Made by a program: the position numbers and the translations under genes
Assembly (NCBI GenBank): GCA_050115495.1
Contig: JASFQK010000002.1
Location: forward strand, 64,001-128,000
Length of the DNA stretch: 64,000 nucleotides
DNA from: Phycisphaerae bacterium
GTDB taxonomy: Bacteria; Planctomycetota; Phycisphaerae; UBA1845; Fen-1342
Direction of reading: 5' to 3'
The notes under the pieces: generated by a model
Database searches by the model: none
What the model was told of the DNA's origin: nothing
What the model saw: only the letters and a program-made list of their open reading frames with translations
In this document: piece after piece, positions 19,701-30,419 of the stretch
Position numbering within the stretch: the first letter of the stretch is position 1
Layout: each line of letters starts with the position of its first letter

Positions 19701-19849
19701 TCGAGCAGCTCAACGAGCTGCTGGAGGCGAAACGCGAGCGCATGCTGAACCAGTTCATCACCATGGAGCAGACGCTCGGCCAGTTGCAGTCGCAGCAAAC
19801 GGCTTTGCAGAACCTCTCGGATTCGATTTCGTCGATGTACTCGAGCTAG
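16796..19849 (+). CDS. fliD: Flagellar filament cap protein FliD, very long, with internal repeats
   Basis: N-terminal GL.SGLDYASLVDQLI; C-terminal SSNNTLTDVVPGLTLNL, GILLGDGTL and QFITME coiled coil; followed by fliS; AGGAGG SD. Confidence 0.92.
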   Translation: MGTITTGVGLYSGLDYASLVDQLIALDAAPRDQIVTRISNIDAQRSAYMDISARISAVLARIKTLTKPSFFRTNVASSSNSAVMSATAGEGAEAGSYSFVVRSLATRHQLLSRGFSSPTASVPAGTFTIESSQARVNQETTLDELNGYTGVQRGSLRIIDGEGNEAVISIGDARTLDDVLDRINAADIDVTAELRGEGIVLQDTSGGSGGIRVREVDGGHTAADLGFGAGHTFDAGGELTGSDVLFLSETTPLDALNDGLGIRRAAAGTDFTIQSSTPGVQVKVELSEILKGSTKLARLNHGAGVELGSIRITARNGVTTEVDLSEAETVQDIKDTIEGAVSGVSLVMAGDHLVLSDTSGATDSDLVVQDASGHAARDLGILGTATSTKITGRQILHVDTMADVIAAINYGEGNVTDEGGTPVIEAFLDSQTHRLTIRDNGGGTFPETIIQAGESSQALYDLGFEPGEYDATGNGLASKRVMGGINTTMLKTLNGGNGFTGGTIHIAANGAAADVDLSGAETLRDVIDRINEASATHGLGIEALADSAGTRLVINSTTDDPGTITISDVDGDFAEATGLAGSAEHLRSANLQRQYMNENTLLDDLNGGDGVTLGKMRITNSNGAVSVINLATDGAETLGDVIDAINALNGVEARINDTGDGLVIIDTAGGTGKLTIEEDGSSTAADLNLLGTADEDRLDGSFEFEITSHGGETLSDLVSQINGTTLAKASLINDGSAVAPYRLSITSRMTGRVGELILDGGDTDFDFATMTRAQDASVVLGDSVNGGVLVTSSNNTLTDVVPGLTLNLTAVDDEPVTITVDRDLSTLTTTLAGMVESYNSLMDRIDELSGYNAETEEAGILLGDGTLQLVETRLMRSFNGSVSGAGSLITRLSQVGVKLSEGQLTFDETKFLEAYNEDPEDVIRFFTAEDNGLAVKLEDQLEYMTESQGLLDRRDSALESQREMLSTRVEQLNELLEAKRERMLNQFITMEQTLGQLQSQQTALQNLSDSISSMYSS

Positions 19850-19913
19850 AACCAGGCGCGTGCGCGGCCGGGACGTACTAACGGGAGCACCGCGACAGAC
19901 CGATACTGCCGAC

Positions 19914-20381
19914 ATGAGTTACGCACCGGATGGCTCCAGGGAGTACCTCAAGAACGCGGTCATGACCGCCAACTCCGAGCAGTTGCACCTCATGCTGCTC
20001 GACGGCGCCATCCGTTTCACTGTCCAGGCCCGCGACGCCATCGAACGCCAGGATCACGAGACGACCTTCACTGCCCTCGACCGGGCGCAGCGGATCCTTC
20101 TCGAGCTCTCCGGCGGTCTGGTCCGCGACGTGAACCCGGAACTTGTGGACCGCATGGCCGCGCTATACGCGTTCATCTACCGCCGGCTGGTCGACGCGGC
20201 CATGAACCGCGACGTGGTGGCCGTGGACGAGGCCTTGCGGATCCTGCGGCACCAGCGGGAGACCTGGGCCATTCTGACGGAGAAGGTCCGGCAGCAGCCG
20301 TCGAGCTTCCAGCCTGAGCCGGCTCCGGCCCCCGCGGCGACCGACGACGAGCCCGCGGGCCGCTTCGTCGCCGAGGGTTGA
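19914..20381 (+). CDS. fliS: Flagellin export chaperone FliS
   Basis: YLKNAVMTANSEQLHLMLLDGAIRF...LYAFIYRRLVDA...LRHQRETW. Confidence 0.92.
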   Translation: MSYAPDGSREYLKNAVMTANSEQLHLMLLDGAIRFTVQARDAIERQDHETTFTALDRAQRILLELSGGLVRDVNPELVDRMAALYAFIYRRLVDAAMNRDVVAVDEALRILRHQRETWAILTEKVRQQPSSFQPEPAPAPAATDDEPAGRFVAEG

Positions 20382-20494
20382 TCCCCCCAACTCAGCAATT
20401 GGGGCTTCGGAGGGTACGAGGCGGAAATCACGCTGATAATGGTGTAGAAAACTGTCGGCCCCCGGGCGGACGGATACGGCTTGCCCCGGTCGGG

Positions 20495-20523
20495 TCGACA
20501 GAAAGCCTCATCTTTTATATGAT
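20495..20523 (+). promoter_or_regulatory. Putative sigma70 promoter
   Basis: TCGACA-N17-TATGAT upstream of 20566. Confidence 0.5.
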
Positions 20524-20565
20524 CCCCGCCCTGAGGAGTCGTGAACAGGTCGTGAGGATCGCCCC

Positions 20566-21753
20566 ATGTCCGACGTCTGCAACATCGCGTTGATCGGGCA
20601 GAAGTTTATGGGACGGGCGCATAGCAACGCCTATCTCAAGGCTGGCCGGTTCTTCAACCTGCCGAAGCGGCCCGTGATGCACACCATCGCCGGTCTCGAC
20701 CTCATCTCGCTGGCGCCGTTCGCCGACCGCTGGGGCTGGAAGAAGTACAGCACCCAATGGAAGGATGTCGTCAAGGACAGCGAGATCGACCTCGTCGACG
20801 TCAGCACGCCCAATTACATGCACGGGGAGCAATCGCTGGCGGCTTTGGCGGCGGGGAAACATGTGGCCTGCGAGAAGCCACTGGCCGGCACGCTCCGCGA
20901 CGCCCGGGCCATGAAGAACGCCGCCGTGCGGGCCAAGAAATGCAAGACGTTCGTCTGGTATAACTACCGGCGTTGTCCGGCCGTAGCGCTCGCGCACCGG
21001 CTGGTTGCCGAGGGGGCCCTGGGGACGATCTACCATGTGCGGGCGAACTATCTCCAGAGCTGGGGTGGGCCGGAGACGCCGCTGGGTTGGCGGTTTCAGA
21101 AGAAATATGCCGGGTCCGGGGCGCATGGTGACCTGAATGCCCACATCATCGACATGGCCCGGTTCATCACAGGGCATGAGATTGTAGAGGTGACGGGGGC
21201 GATCGCCGAGACGTTTGTGCACGAGCGGCCGCTGCCGCAGACGCCGGGCAAGGCTGCGTCGGGAGCGGTGACGCGTCGTCGTCGGCAGGTGGGCAAGAGC
21301 GACGTGGACGATGCTGTGCTGTTCCTGGCGCGTTTCCACGGTGGTGCGATCGGCACGTTCGAGGCGACCCGTCTGGCCAGCGGACACCAGAACAACAACC
21401 AGATCGAGATCAACGGCGAATTGGGCGCGATCCGCTTCGGCTTCGAAGACATGAACGTGCTGTGGTACTTCGACGCCCGCGAGCCGAAGCGGACGGCCGG
21501 CTGGCGGCGGATCATGTGCACCAGCGGCGGCGACCATCCCTACGCCGGCGCTTGGTGGCCCGACGCCCACGTGATCGGTTACGAACACACCTTCGTGAAT
21601 ATGGTCGCCGACATGATGGCCGTCCTGGCCGGCGAACAGCCCATCGTGCCGTTGCCGGACTTCGCCGACGCGTACGAGACACAGCGCGTGCTGGAGGCGG
21701 CCCTCCTGGCGGCCAAGCACCGGGCGGCGGTCAAGATCAGCGAGATCAAGTAG
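20566..21753 (+). CDS. Gfo/Idh/MocA family oxidoreductase
   Basis: IALIGQKFMGRAHS, GKHVACEKP, GDLNAHIID and WWPDAHVIGYEHTF motifs. Confidence 0.9.
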   Translation: MSDVCNIALIGQKFMGRAHSNAYLKAGRFFNLPKRPVMHTIAGLDLISLAPFADRWGWKKYSTQWKDVVKDSEIDLVDVSTPNYMHGEQSLAALAAGKHVACEKPLAGTLRDARAMKNAAVRAKKCKTFVWYNYRRCPAVALAHRLVAEGALGTIYHVRANYLQSWGGPETPLGWRFQKKYAGSGAHGDLNAHIIDMARFITGHEIVEVTGAIAETFVHERPLPQTPGKAASGAVTRRRRQVGKSDVDDAVLFLARFHGGAIGTFEATRLASGHQNNNQIEINGELGAIRFGFEDMNVLWYFDAREPKRTAGWRRIMCTSGGDHPYAGAWWPDAHVIGYEHTFVNMVADMMAVLAGEQPIVPLPDFADAYETQRVLEAALLAAKHRAAVKISEIK

Positions 21754-21792
21754 CGCACGGCAGGGGGAAAGGAGTTCGGCTCCGCGCGATTC

Positions 21793-21898
21793 GTAGGGCG
21801 GGCTCGGCCCGCCGATCGTCGTTTCGCCGGCAGGTCGTTCCTTCGCGGGGTGAACGTTGGTTGCGCATAGAAGCGTCGGCGGGTGAAACCCGCCCTAC
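21793..21898. repeat. Inverted pair of GTAG-type REPs (REPIN/BIME-like doublet), family A
   Basis: GTAGGGCGGGCTCGGCCCGCCGA at 21793-21815 (+) and GTAGGGCGGGTTTCACCCGCCGA at 21876-21898 (-), 60 nt apart, between convergent genes. Confidence 0.8.
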
Positions 21899-21921
21899 CT
21901 GTTGCGCTGCTGGATAGGGGG

Positions 21922-23202
<1,281 letters not shown>

Positions 23203-23344
23203 CAGGTCGCCTCAGTAGCCGTGCTTGCGGAGGATGAGTCCGTACTCTCCCTATCGACGGACCACGCCGTCCGCACATTTTTTATTTTAGTATGGACGGG
23301 GCGTCGTTCCAAGGCGGAAAGTCCCCCGGGCGCAGCGCGTGCGC

Positions 23345-23704
23345 CTAGTGGTCTTCTCGCCCGGCGGGATCGTCGCTCTCCACGTCGGCAGTGCCGTCGT
23401 CCAGCGGAGCGGCCAATTCGCTCTCAACCTGGCCGAGCAGGGCGGCGCGCAGCGTCCTGAACTCGTCCTCGGTGATCTTCTCCTCGGCCCGCATCTCGCG
23501 GAGATCCTGGAGCGTAAACGCTTCCGAACGCTGCTCCTGCCGCGCGTATCGCTTCGCCGCCCGGGTTGCCAGCAGCCCGCCCAGCCCGAGCACGGCCGCC
23601 ACGGCGAGCCACAGCCCGACATTGGCGATCGAACTGAAGTTCGTGCCGTCAGCGACAATAGCGCCGGCTATCAGTGTGGGATGCGTCACGGTTGGGCGTC
23701 TCAC
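23345..23704 (-). CDS. Small membrane protein with a SHOCT-like C-terminal motif
   Basis: One TM helix, then FTLQDLREMRAEEKITEDEF; start uncertain. Confidence 0.6.
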   Translation of the reverse strand: MRRPTVTHPTLIAGAIVADGTNFSSIANVGLWLAVAAVLGLGGLLATRAAKRYARQEQRSEAFTLQDLREMRAEEKITEDEFRTLRAALLGQVESELAAPLDDGTADVESDDPAGREDH

Positions 23705-23743
23705 GCTCGGCAGGCAGCGCGCCGGTCCGGCCGGCTTCCGACA

Positions 23744-24520
23744 TCAGGGGCCGACGGCTTCGTCTTGGACGTAGCCGCCGATCTGCTGGTGGACCAGCAA
23801 CGAGTTGTACACCACCAACGACTTGTTGAAGGGGTGGATGTGCCCCAGGCCGCCGTTGGCGACCCACGAGTCCGGCTCGACGGTGCCCTGGATCAGGTCG
23901 ATGATGACCTGGATGTCGGTGCCGGTGCCCTCCTGGTCGCGGCTTTCGTTCTGGTTGTTCTGGTTGCTCTGGAAGAGCTGGTTGTTGCCGCCGCCGCCGC
24001 CCTGGCCGCCCGACTGGTTGAGGGCCTGGGCCGGGTCCATGGTGGCCGCGTTGTTGAAGCGCGGCGCCGACGTGAGCAGGTCGGCCACGTCGTAGACTTT
24101 GACGATCATTTCCTGGCCGAGATCGTCCTGGGTCGAGAGGATCAGGAGCGAGCCGGCGGCCCGGTAAGCGAGGCGGACGTCACTGCCGGCGGCCTCGTTC
24201 ATGATCATCCAGAGCACCTGTGAGAGGCGCAGGTTCTTGACGCGGATGGTGAGGGGCTTGTCGCGCTCGATGCCGGCGTCCTCGATGATCTGCCAGCGGA
24301 CGACGACGTTGGCCCCGGTCAGTTCGCCTACCCATTCCATGATCTGCTCGAAGGGCACGCTCTCAAAGCTCACCTCGGGGATCCGCTGGTTGAGCAGACG
24401 GAGCGTGTTTGGTACCTGTGGCGGGGGCGTGGGCAGGTTGCGGTTGGACAGGGGAGCCTGGGCCATCGCCGGGGCACACAGCAGAAGGGCAATCGCCGCG
24501 ATCATCAGGCCTCTGGTCAT
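23744..24520 (-). CDS. Exported protein with secretin N-terminal-like domains (STN/N0 plus N3-like) and no barrel
   Basis: Signal peptide; VSFESVPFEQIM..., VKVYDVADLL and DLIQGTVEPDSW...SLVVYNSLLVHQQI; AAGGAG SD before the ATG at 24520. Confidence 0.7.
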   Translation of the reverse strand: MTRGLMIAAIALLLCAPAMAQAPLSNRNLPTPPPQVPNTLRLLNQRIPEVSFESVPFEQIMEWVGELTGANVVVRWQIIEDAGIERDKPLTIRVKNLRLSQVLWMIMNEAAGSDVRLAYRAAGSLLILSTQDDLGQEMIVKVYDVADLLTSAPRFNNAATMDPAQALNQSGGQGGGGGNNQLFQSNQNNQNESRDQEGTGTDIQVIIDLIQGTVEPDSWVANGGLGHIHPFNKSLVVYNSLLVHQQIGGYVQDEAVGP

Positions 24521-24735
24521 GGTGCTACTCCTTGAGCATGAAACGCCGCCGGACCCATCCGGCGGGAACCGAAGCCTCCCCAGCGTCCTACCACATTCTA
24601 CATCGACCAAAGCCCTGGACCAGCCCAAAACGGACCCCGCGGGGCGTCGAAAAGAGGCCCAGGCACGTCGTCTGGGGCGGTTTCCGGGGCTTCCAGGGCC
24701 CTGGAGCCCGACGCTACCCCCTCGTCGATCGCCAT

Positions 24736-26667
24736 TCAGCCTGACGCCGTGGCCGTCTTCGGCGGGCGGAGCCAGCGGATGGCCGTGGCCACGACGATGC
24801 CGGCGGTCACGACGAGCACGATAATCGTCACCACCGCCAGCACGGCCGAGTCAGGCCAGTCCGGCAGGAACTTCACGGTCAACTCGCGGATCAGCATCGT
24901 GACGGCGGTGGCCAGCATGAACAGGGCGGGTAGTAGCGTGTACCAGATCGGCCGGCGGTGGCTCGCCAGCCAGATGGTGGCCACGATCAGCGTCAGCGCT
25001 GCCAGAAGCTGGTTCACCGAGCCGAAGAGCGGCCAGACTTTCGCGTAGCCGTACAGGGCCAGTAGAAGCATCAGCCCGACGGCGATGCCCGAATTCACCC
25101 AGTACTGCCGGAGGAACAGCAGCAGCCAGCGGAACGGCCCCGAGGTCGGCACGGGGGCGGTTGGTAGGTTCGGCTCCGTCGCGTAGCGAATCGCCGGCGG
25201 TTCGACCGTCAGACCGCCCGTCCCGGTGATCTCGATGGCTCCGCGGTCGGTTTCCTGCGACGCGCCGGCGCGGGCTTGGGCGGTGGCGGCTTCGGCGAAG
25301 ACGTCGTACCGCCCGTAGAACGTCGCCCACGCTTCCTCGATCATGTACCGTGTCAGGCGGATCGCCGTGTCGAGCGTGGTGACCAGGAATCCTTCGAGCA
25401 GGAGCATCGCCCCGACCGTGCCATAGGCGACCGGCACGCCGAGGCCGGTGTACGCGGTGCGCCCGACGCTGACGGCGAAGGTCAGGATGGGGTTGCCCTT
25501 GGCACCGGTGGGCCAGCAGTAGTCGGTGTAGCCGGTCTTCGTGAGCCCGACCATCATCGCTGCCACCACGCAAACCGCCAGAAAGCTCTCCAGCAGCATG
25601 GCATAGAAGCCGACGCGGCGGGCGTCGGGTTCGCTCTTGAGCTGTTTGCAGGTGGTACCGCCGGCGCAGAGGCTGTGGAAGCCGCTGACCGCCCCGCAAG
25701 CGATCGTGACGAACAGCACGGGCCAGCCCGGGCCGAGTTTCCTGCCGGCTTCCGCCCAGTTGTTCATCGGGATGGCGTCGCCGCTATTCAGTACGCCTCC
25801 GCCGCGCGCGGCCGCCGCGATCAGGGCCACGATCAGAAACACGATCCCCACGTAGAGGATGTGCACGTTGATGAAATCGCGGCTTTGCAGGAAGAGCCAC
25901 ACCGGCAGGCCCGCTGCGATCAGCACATAGCCGGCGATGAGCCACTGCCAGGTTTGCGGGCGGACGGCCATGGGCCATTCGAGGCCGATGGCGATGGAGA
26001 TGGCGCAGATGCCCATGGCCAGCAGGCTGCACACCCACACGGGCGTCTTGCGCTTGATGTACAGGAAGCCCAACAGGGGCGAGAACGCCGTGATGACCAC
26101 GACGGACGTGCTGGCGATGCCGCCGATGACCGCCTCGCCATCCTGCATGCGGAACATCGTCTGGCCCGCCTCGAGCTGAAGGGCGGACAGCGGGACCATC
26201 GAGGTCAGGGCCTTTGCCGACAGGTCCAGGAACGACGCACAGACCAGCACCAACAGGGCCACCAGCAGCACGAGCATCATGACGAACGCCGCCGGGCCGA
26301 TGTAGCGGCGGGTGACGACGGCGAGGTTCTTGCCGCCTTCGCGGACGGCGATGTGCGTGGCGACGAAGTCGTGCACGGCGCCGAGGAAGATGCCGCCCAG
26401 CAGGATCCAGATGAGCGCAGGGCCCCAGCCGTAATAGATGGCGAGGACCGGGCCGATGATCGGGCCGGCGCCCGCGATCGACGCGTAGTGGTGGGCGAAG
26501 ACGACGGGCGTCTGCGTCGGGACGTAGTCGCGGCCGTCGTTGATGGCGACCGCGGGCGTCTGCCGATCACGCCGCTCACCGAGGACCCAGGCGATCAGCG
26601 GCGCGTAGAACCGCGCGCCGAGCCAGAGGCACCCGGCACTTCCGCCCAATATCAACAGGATGTTCAT
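24736..26667 (-). CDS. cstA: Carbon starvation protein CstA family transporter
   Basis: TPAVAINDGRDYVPT, HHYASIAGAGPIIGP, IACGAVSGFHSL, TTLDTAIRL and WPLFGSVNQL. Confidence 0.93.
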   Translation of the reverse strand: MNILLILGGSAGCLWLGARFYAPLIAWVLGERRDRQTPAVAINDGRDYVPTQTPVVFAHHYASIAGAGPIIGPVLAIYYGWGPALIWILLGGIFLGAVHDFVATHIAVREGGKNLAVVTRRYIGPAAFVMMLVLLVALLVLVCASFLDLSAKALTSMVPLSALQLEAGQTMFRMQDGEAVIGGIASTSVVVITAFSPLLGFLYIKRKTPVWVCSLLAMGICAISIAIGLEWPMAVRPQTWQWLIAGYVLIAAGLPVWLFLQSRDFINVHILYVGIVFLIVALIAAAARGGGVLNSGDAIPMNNWAEAGRKLGPGWPVLFVTIACGAVSGFHSLCAGGTTCKQLKSEPDARRVGFYAMLLESFLAVCVVAAMMVGLTKTGYTDYCWPTGAKGNPILTFAVSVGRTAYTGLGVPVAYGTVGAMLLLEGFLVTTLDTAIRLTRYMIEEAWATFYGRYDVFAEAATAQARAGASQETDRGAIEITGTGGLTVEPPAIRYATEPNLPTAPVPTSGPFRWLLLFLRQYWVNSGIAVGLMLLLALYGYAKVWPLFGSVNQLLAALTLIVATIWLASHRRPIWYTLLPALFMLATAVTMLIRELTVKFLPDWPDSAVLAVVTIIVLVVTAGIVVATAIRWLRPPKTATASG

Positions 26668-26757
26668 GGAACGCCTCCGTGATGTTCAAGGGAGACGAGT
26701 TGTCCTCCGCAATATAGCCAGCGCGGCTGTGACGTACAATCGCAACCGGTTGTGCGG

Positions 26758-27903
26758 CTAGGTGTGCTCGCCGGTCACGAGGTGCTCGACAAAGTCGGCG
26801 ATGGCCCGGGCACGCGCCGGCCATGAGTTCGCCTGGGCGAAAGCGATGCGAGTTGCGGCGTCGTTGGCTGGGGTCGTTGCCGCTGACCGCAGCGCCGCGG
26901 CCAGCTCCGCCGGTGTGCGGGCCACGTGCAGGAGGTCGCCGAACGTGTCGGTGTCGGCGACGGGCGTTGTCACGACCGGTTTGCCCAGGGCGAGGTACTC
27001 GTAGATCTTGACCGGGTTGGCGGCGGTGGCGACGTCGCCCGGCTGGAAGGGGACCCAGCAGACGTCGAAGGCCCGGACGTACGCCGGTACACGCTCGTAC
27101 GGCCGGCGGCCAAGCAGGTGCACGTTGGGTAGGCCGGCGATCTTCTCGACGGCGCCGCGGCCGTCGTGCGGGCCGACGAAGACGAAATCGAGCTCGGGCA
27201 CGGCGCGGATCGTCTCGGCCATCAGGTCCCACGCCAGCCAGTCGTACATCGCCCCGACAAAGCCGACGATGGGGCGTTCGGTGGGCAGGTCCGTCGGCTG
27301 CGGGTCGCGGGCGGCCAATGCGGCGAACCGCTCGGCGTCGACGCCGTTGCGGACCATAAGTTGCGGCAGATCAGGCCGGCGACGGCGTAGGTCGGTGGCC
27401 AGTTGCTCGGCCGTGACGATCGCTCCGTCGGCGCGGGCGACCAGCTCCGCTTCCCAACGCATGTACATGTCGTGCAGCGACGCACGCGGGACGTGCACAC
27501 TGGGCTCGTCGATGCAATCGTAGACGACGGCGCGGAACGGCAGGCTGTCGAGCCAGGGCGCCCACACCGGCGAGACGACCAGGGCGGCGGCGCGGTCCCA
27601 ATCCAAAAGGCCGTCCAACTGCCGGCGGACGGCACGGGCCCGCCGAGCGCTCCACGCATTGACGCGCTGCGCACCGAGCAACGGCCACAGTCGCCGCGGC
27701 GCCGCCGGCCAGGGCCGCACGACGCGGACAGACTCCGCTGGCCGTCCCCACGGGCACAGCTTCTCCATCGCCGTCCGTACATACGGCACCTGCACGAACG
27801 TCGTCGGCTGGCCGAGTTGCTGCCACGCTTCGGACAGCATGCGCGTTCGCCCCACGAGCGGGAAATTCCACGTCACGGCGCTGAACGAGACCAGGTGGAT
27901 CAT
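26758..27903 (-). CDS. GT-B (GT4-like) glycosyltransferase
   Basis: VYDCIDE, RNGVD and NPVKIYEYLALGKPVV; start MIHLVSF at 27903 overlaps the upstream stop (ATGA). Confidence 0.88.
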   Translation of the reverse strand: MIHLVSFSAVTWNFPLVGRTRMLSEAWQQLGQPTTFVQVPYVRTAMEKLCPWGRPAESVRVVRPWPAAPRRLWPLLGAQRVNAWSARRARAVRRQLDGLLDWDRAAALVVSPVWAPWLDSLPFRAVVYDCIDEPSVHVPRASLHDMYMRWEAELVARADGAIVTAEQLATDLRRRRPDLPQLMVRNGVDAERFAALAARDPQPTDLPTERPIVGFVGAMYDWLAWDLMAETIRAVPELDFVFVGPHDGRGAVEKIAGLPNVHLLGRRPYERVPAYVRAFDVCWVPFQPGDVATAANPVKIYEYLALGKPVVTTPVADTDTFGDLLHVARTPAELAAALRSAATTPANDAATRIAFAQANSWPARARAIADFVEHLVTGEHT

Positions 27904-30419
27904 GGCTCCTGTGCCCGCGGCGGCGGCCAGCCGGCCTGCTGAAGGTGCTCGATGACGGTGGTGACACGCTGTGGCCAAGAGTTCTGCCGGGCGAGCTCGG
28001 CGAGTCGCGCGCGAGCTTTCGGCTTGCACACCTCTTCGCTCGCCGCATCGAGGGCGGCGCAGAAGCCCGCGGCGTCGGCGGCGATGTGCACTTCCGGATG
28101 CCGCTGGCACTCGGGTAGCGGCGTCGTTACCACCGGCTTGCCCGCCGCGAAGTACTCGTAGAGCTTCAGCGGCGACGTGGCTCGCGTGATGTCGTTGATG
28201 CGGAAGGGGATCATGGCCACATCGAACAGGCGGACGTACGCGGGCAGGTCTTCGTACTCCCGCGGCCCGAGCCGCACGACATTCTCGCAGCGCGAGAGGC
28301 CGCTGCTCGCGAGGCTGCCGTCGTAGTCCGGACCGATGAGCAGGAACCGCCACTCCGGCCGGCGGCGGGCCACCTCGGCGAGCAGGTCATAGTCGAACCA
28401 CTTCGCCAGCGCCCCGTAGTAGCCGGCGACGAGGCCGGTATGTTCCCGCAGCGGGGCCAACGCCGGATCGGCTGGTGTGCTGGCGGCCGGCGCGGCGAAT
28501 CGGTCCACCTCGACGCCGTTGGGCAGGTAGACCGCGTCCGGCCGCGGCTTCAGCAGCCGTTCGAGCGCCCGGGCGACGTAGGTCACGACCAGCGCCTCGC
28601 GCAGGGCCCGGCGATGGTTGGCGTGCAGCAGGCGCTGTCGGCCCGGGTGCACCGCCGGTTCGTCGATGAGGTCGTAGAGTGTCCGCGTGCCGGGGGCGAA
28701 GCCGTCGACGTGGTGGTAGTTGTAGCAGAAGCACCATAGCAACGGATCGGGGACCGCTCGCAGTGCGTCTATCGGCCCGCGGTACACGTACAGATTGGGC
28801 TCGACTTCGCGGCAGCCGGCATAGTGGCCGTCGCGTTTCCCGCCGACGTAGATCACGCGGAAGCCCCGGCGGGCGAAGTGGCGGGCCAGGTGGTGCGGGC
28901 GCTGATAGAGATCGACGTTCCAGTCGATGCCGCGCGGGAAGATGATCGTGCCGTGCGGCGCGGGTCGCCGGGCGAGGACGTCCGCGAGCGCGTGCACCGG
29001 CCCCGGCACGAGCCGGGCGTGCAACGTATCGAACCGCGCCAGCCAGCTATTCTCGCAAGCCGCGGCCAGCAGCCGGTGACGGTGCTCGCGGTCGGCCCCG
29101 AGCTCGCGGGCCCGGTCGAGGCAGTAGACGAAGTCAGCGGCGTCGGCCGCGGCGAGCACCAGCTCGTGGCGGATGCACTCCGGCAGCGGCGTCGTCACCA
29201 CCGGCTTGCCGGCGGCCATGTACTCGAACAGCTTGATCGGCGACGTGGCCCGCGTCAGGTCGTTTAGCCGGAACGGGATGATCGCCACCGAGAAGCGGTG
29301 CAGGTACGCCGGCAGGTCCGCGTAGCGCTTCTCGCCGAGCACGTGCACATTGGGCAGGCGCGTGGCGTCCTGCCGGGCCAGCGCTCCCTCGTAGTCCGGG
29401 CCGATGAGCACGAATTCGCAGTCCGGTCGGCGGCGGGCGACGTCCCGCAGCAGCTCGAAATCAAACCACGGGGCGAGCGCGCCGTAGTAGCCGATCAGCG
29501 GCCGGCCCGAGCGCACCAGGTCGGCGAGATCGGCGGGCACCGCCGGCGCTGCCGCCGCGTGGAAGTGGTCGAAGTCGGCGGCGTTCGGGCAGAGCAGCAC
29601 GTCGGCCCGGGTTCGCCGGGCGTCTTCGTAGAGCTCGGTCGCGGTGGCGCAGACCACGGTCGCCGTCTGCAATAGCCGCTCGTGCTGCTGGCGCAGGCGG
29701 CGGCCGACGCGGCCGGTCGGCGAGTGGATCGAGAGTTCGTCGAGGTAGTCGTAGATGATGGACGGGTCGCGGAAGCCGCGGGCGAGGCGCTCGTCCTGCG
29801 GCTTGCTCAGCAGCACCAATGGCTCGCGTAGGCTGTAGAGCCAGTCGATCTGGCCGCACAGGTACAGCCGTTCGCCGACGCGGGCGAAGCCGGGGACGTA
29901 ATCCGTGCGAGTCTGCGGCGGGCAGTAGAACGCGAGGTAGCCGGCACGGGCGAACTGGCTCATCAGGTGGTGCGGGCGCTGCTTCATCCAGCCCCAGTCG
30001 GTCAGGGCGGGGTGGACGATGATGCCGCGGCGGTCGGGGTGGCGGGCCAGGATGGCGGCCAGCTCTTCGGCGGGGCCGGTGATAGCGCGGCCGCGCAGGT
30101 GCCGGGGCCGCCGGGCTAATACGTCGGCCAGGGTCCAGAACCAGCGTGCCCGGCGTGTGCCGTAGGGAGCCAGAAGTTGCCGGAGCTTGCGGGCTCGCCG
30201 CTGCCAGCGCCACTGTCGCGAGGTCAGTAGGGCACTCAGGGCCGCCTGCAACCGGTCCCGCTCGGCGGCGAGCTCTTCGAGCTGCTGCACCACTGCCGGC
30301 GGGAGGCCCTCGCCCGGGCTGACCTCGGCGGCCCGGGCGGCCTGGAGCGCGTCCAGGTCGCGCTGGGCGGCGGCGACGCGTTCGTGCAGAGTCTCGATGG
30401 CTCGCTGCGTGGTGGACAA
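27900..30419 (-). CDS. Glycosyltransferase with two tandem GT-B modules and an N-terminal coiled coil
   Basis: Duplicated QRPHHL, GYYGALA.WFD and SP.KL.EY.AAGKPVVTTPLPEC motifs. Confidence 0.88.
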   Translation of the reverse strand: MSTTQRAIETLHERVAAAQRDLDALQAARAAEVSPGEGLPPAVVQQLEELAAERDRLQAALSALLTSRQWRWQRRARKLRQLLAPYGTRRARWFWTLADVLARRPRHLRGRAITGPAEELAAILARHPDRRGIIVHPALTDWGWMKQRPHHLMSQFARAGYLAFYCPPQTRTDYVPGFARVGERLYLCGQIDWLYSLREPLVLLSKPQDERLARGFRDPSIIYDYLDELSIHSPTGRVGRRLRQQHERLLQTATVVCATATELYEDARRTRADVLLCPNAADFDHFHAAAAPAVPADLADLVRSGRPLIGYYGALAPWFDFELLRDVARRRPDCEFVLIGPDYEGALARQDATRLPNVHVLGEKRYADLPAYLHRFSVAIIPFRLNDLTRATSPIKLFEYMAAGKPVVTTPLPECIRHELVLAAADAADFVYCLDRARELGADREHRHRLLAAACENSWLARFDTLHARLVPGPVHALADVLARRPAPHGTIIFPRGIDWNVDLYQRPHHLARHFARRGFRVIYVGGKRDGHYAGCREVEPNLYVYRGPIDALRAVPDPLLWCFCYNYHHVDGFAPGTRTLYDLIDEPAVHPGRQRLLHANHRRALREALVVTYVARALERLLKPRPDAVYLPNGVEVDRFAAPAASTPADPALAPLREHTGLVAGYYGALAKWFDYDLLAEVARRRPEWRFLLIGPDYDGSLASSGLSRCENVVRLGPREYEDLPAYVRLFDVAMIPFRINDITRATSPLKLYEYFAAGKPVVTTPLPECQRHPEVHIAADAAGFCAALDAASEEVCKPKARARLAELARQNSWPQRVTTVIEHLQQAGWPPPRAQEP

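Noticed and set aside
20452..20501. Long imperfect hairpin CTGTCGGCCC...GGGTCGACAG as a riboswitch or ncRNA
   Set aside because: It overlaps the -35 of the predicted downstream promoter, so it would not be in that leader; it resembles no family I recognise.
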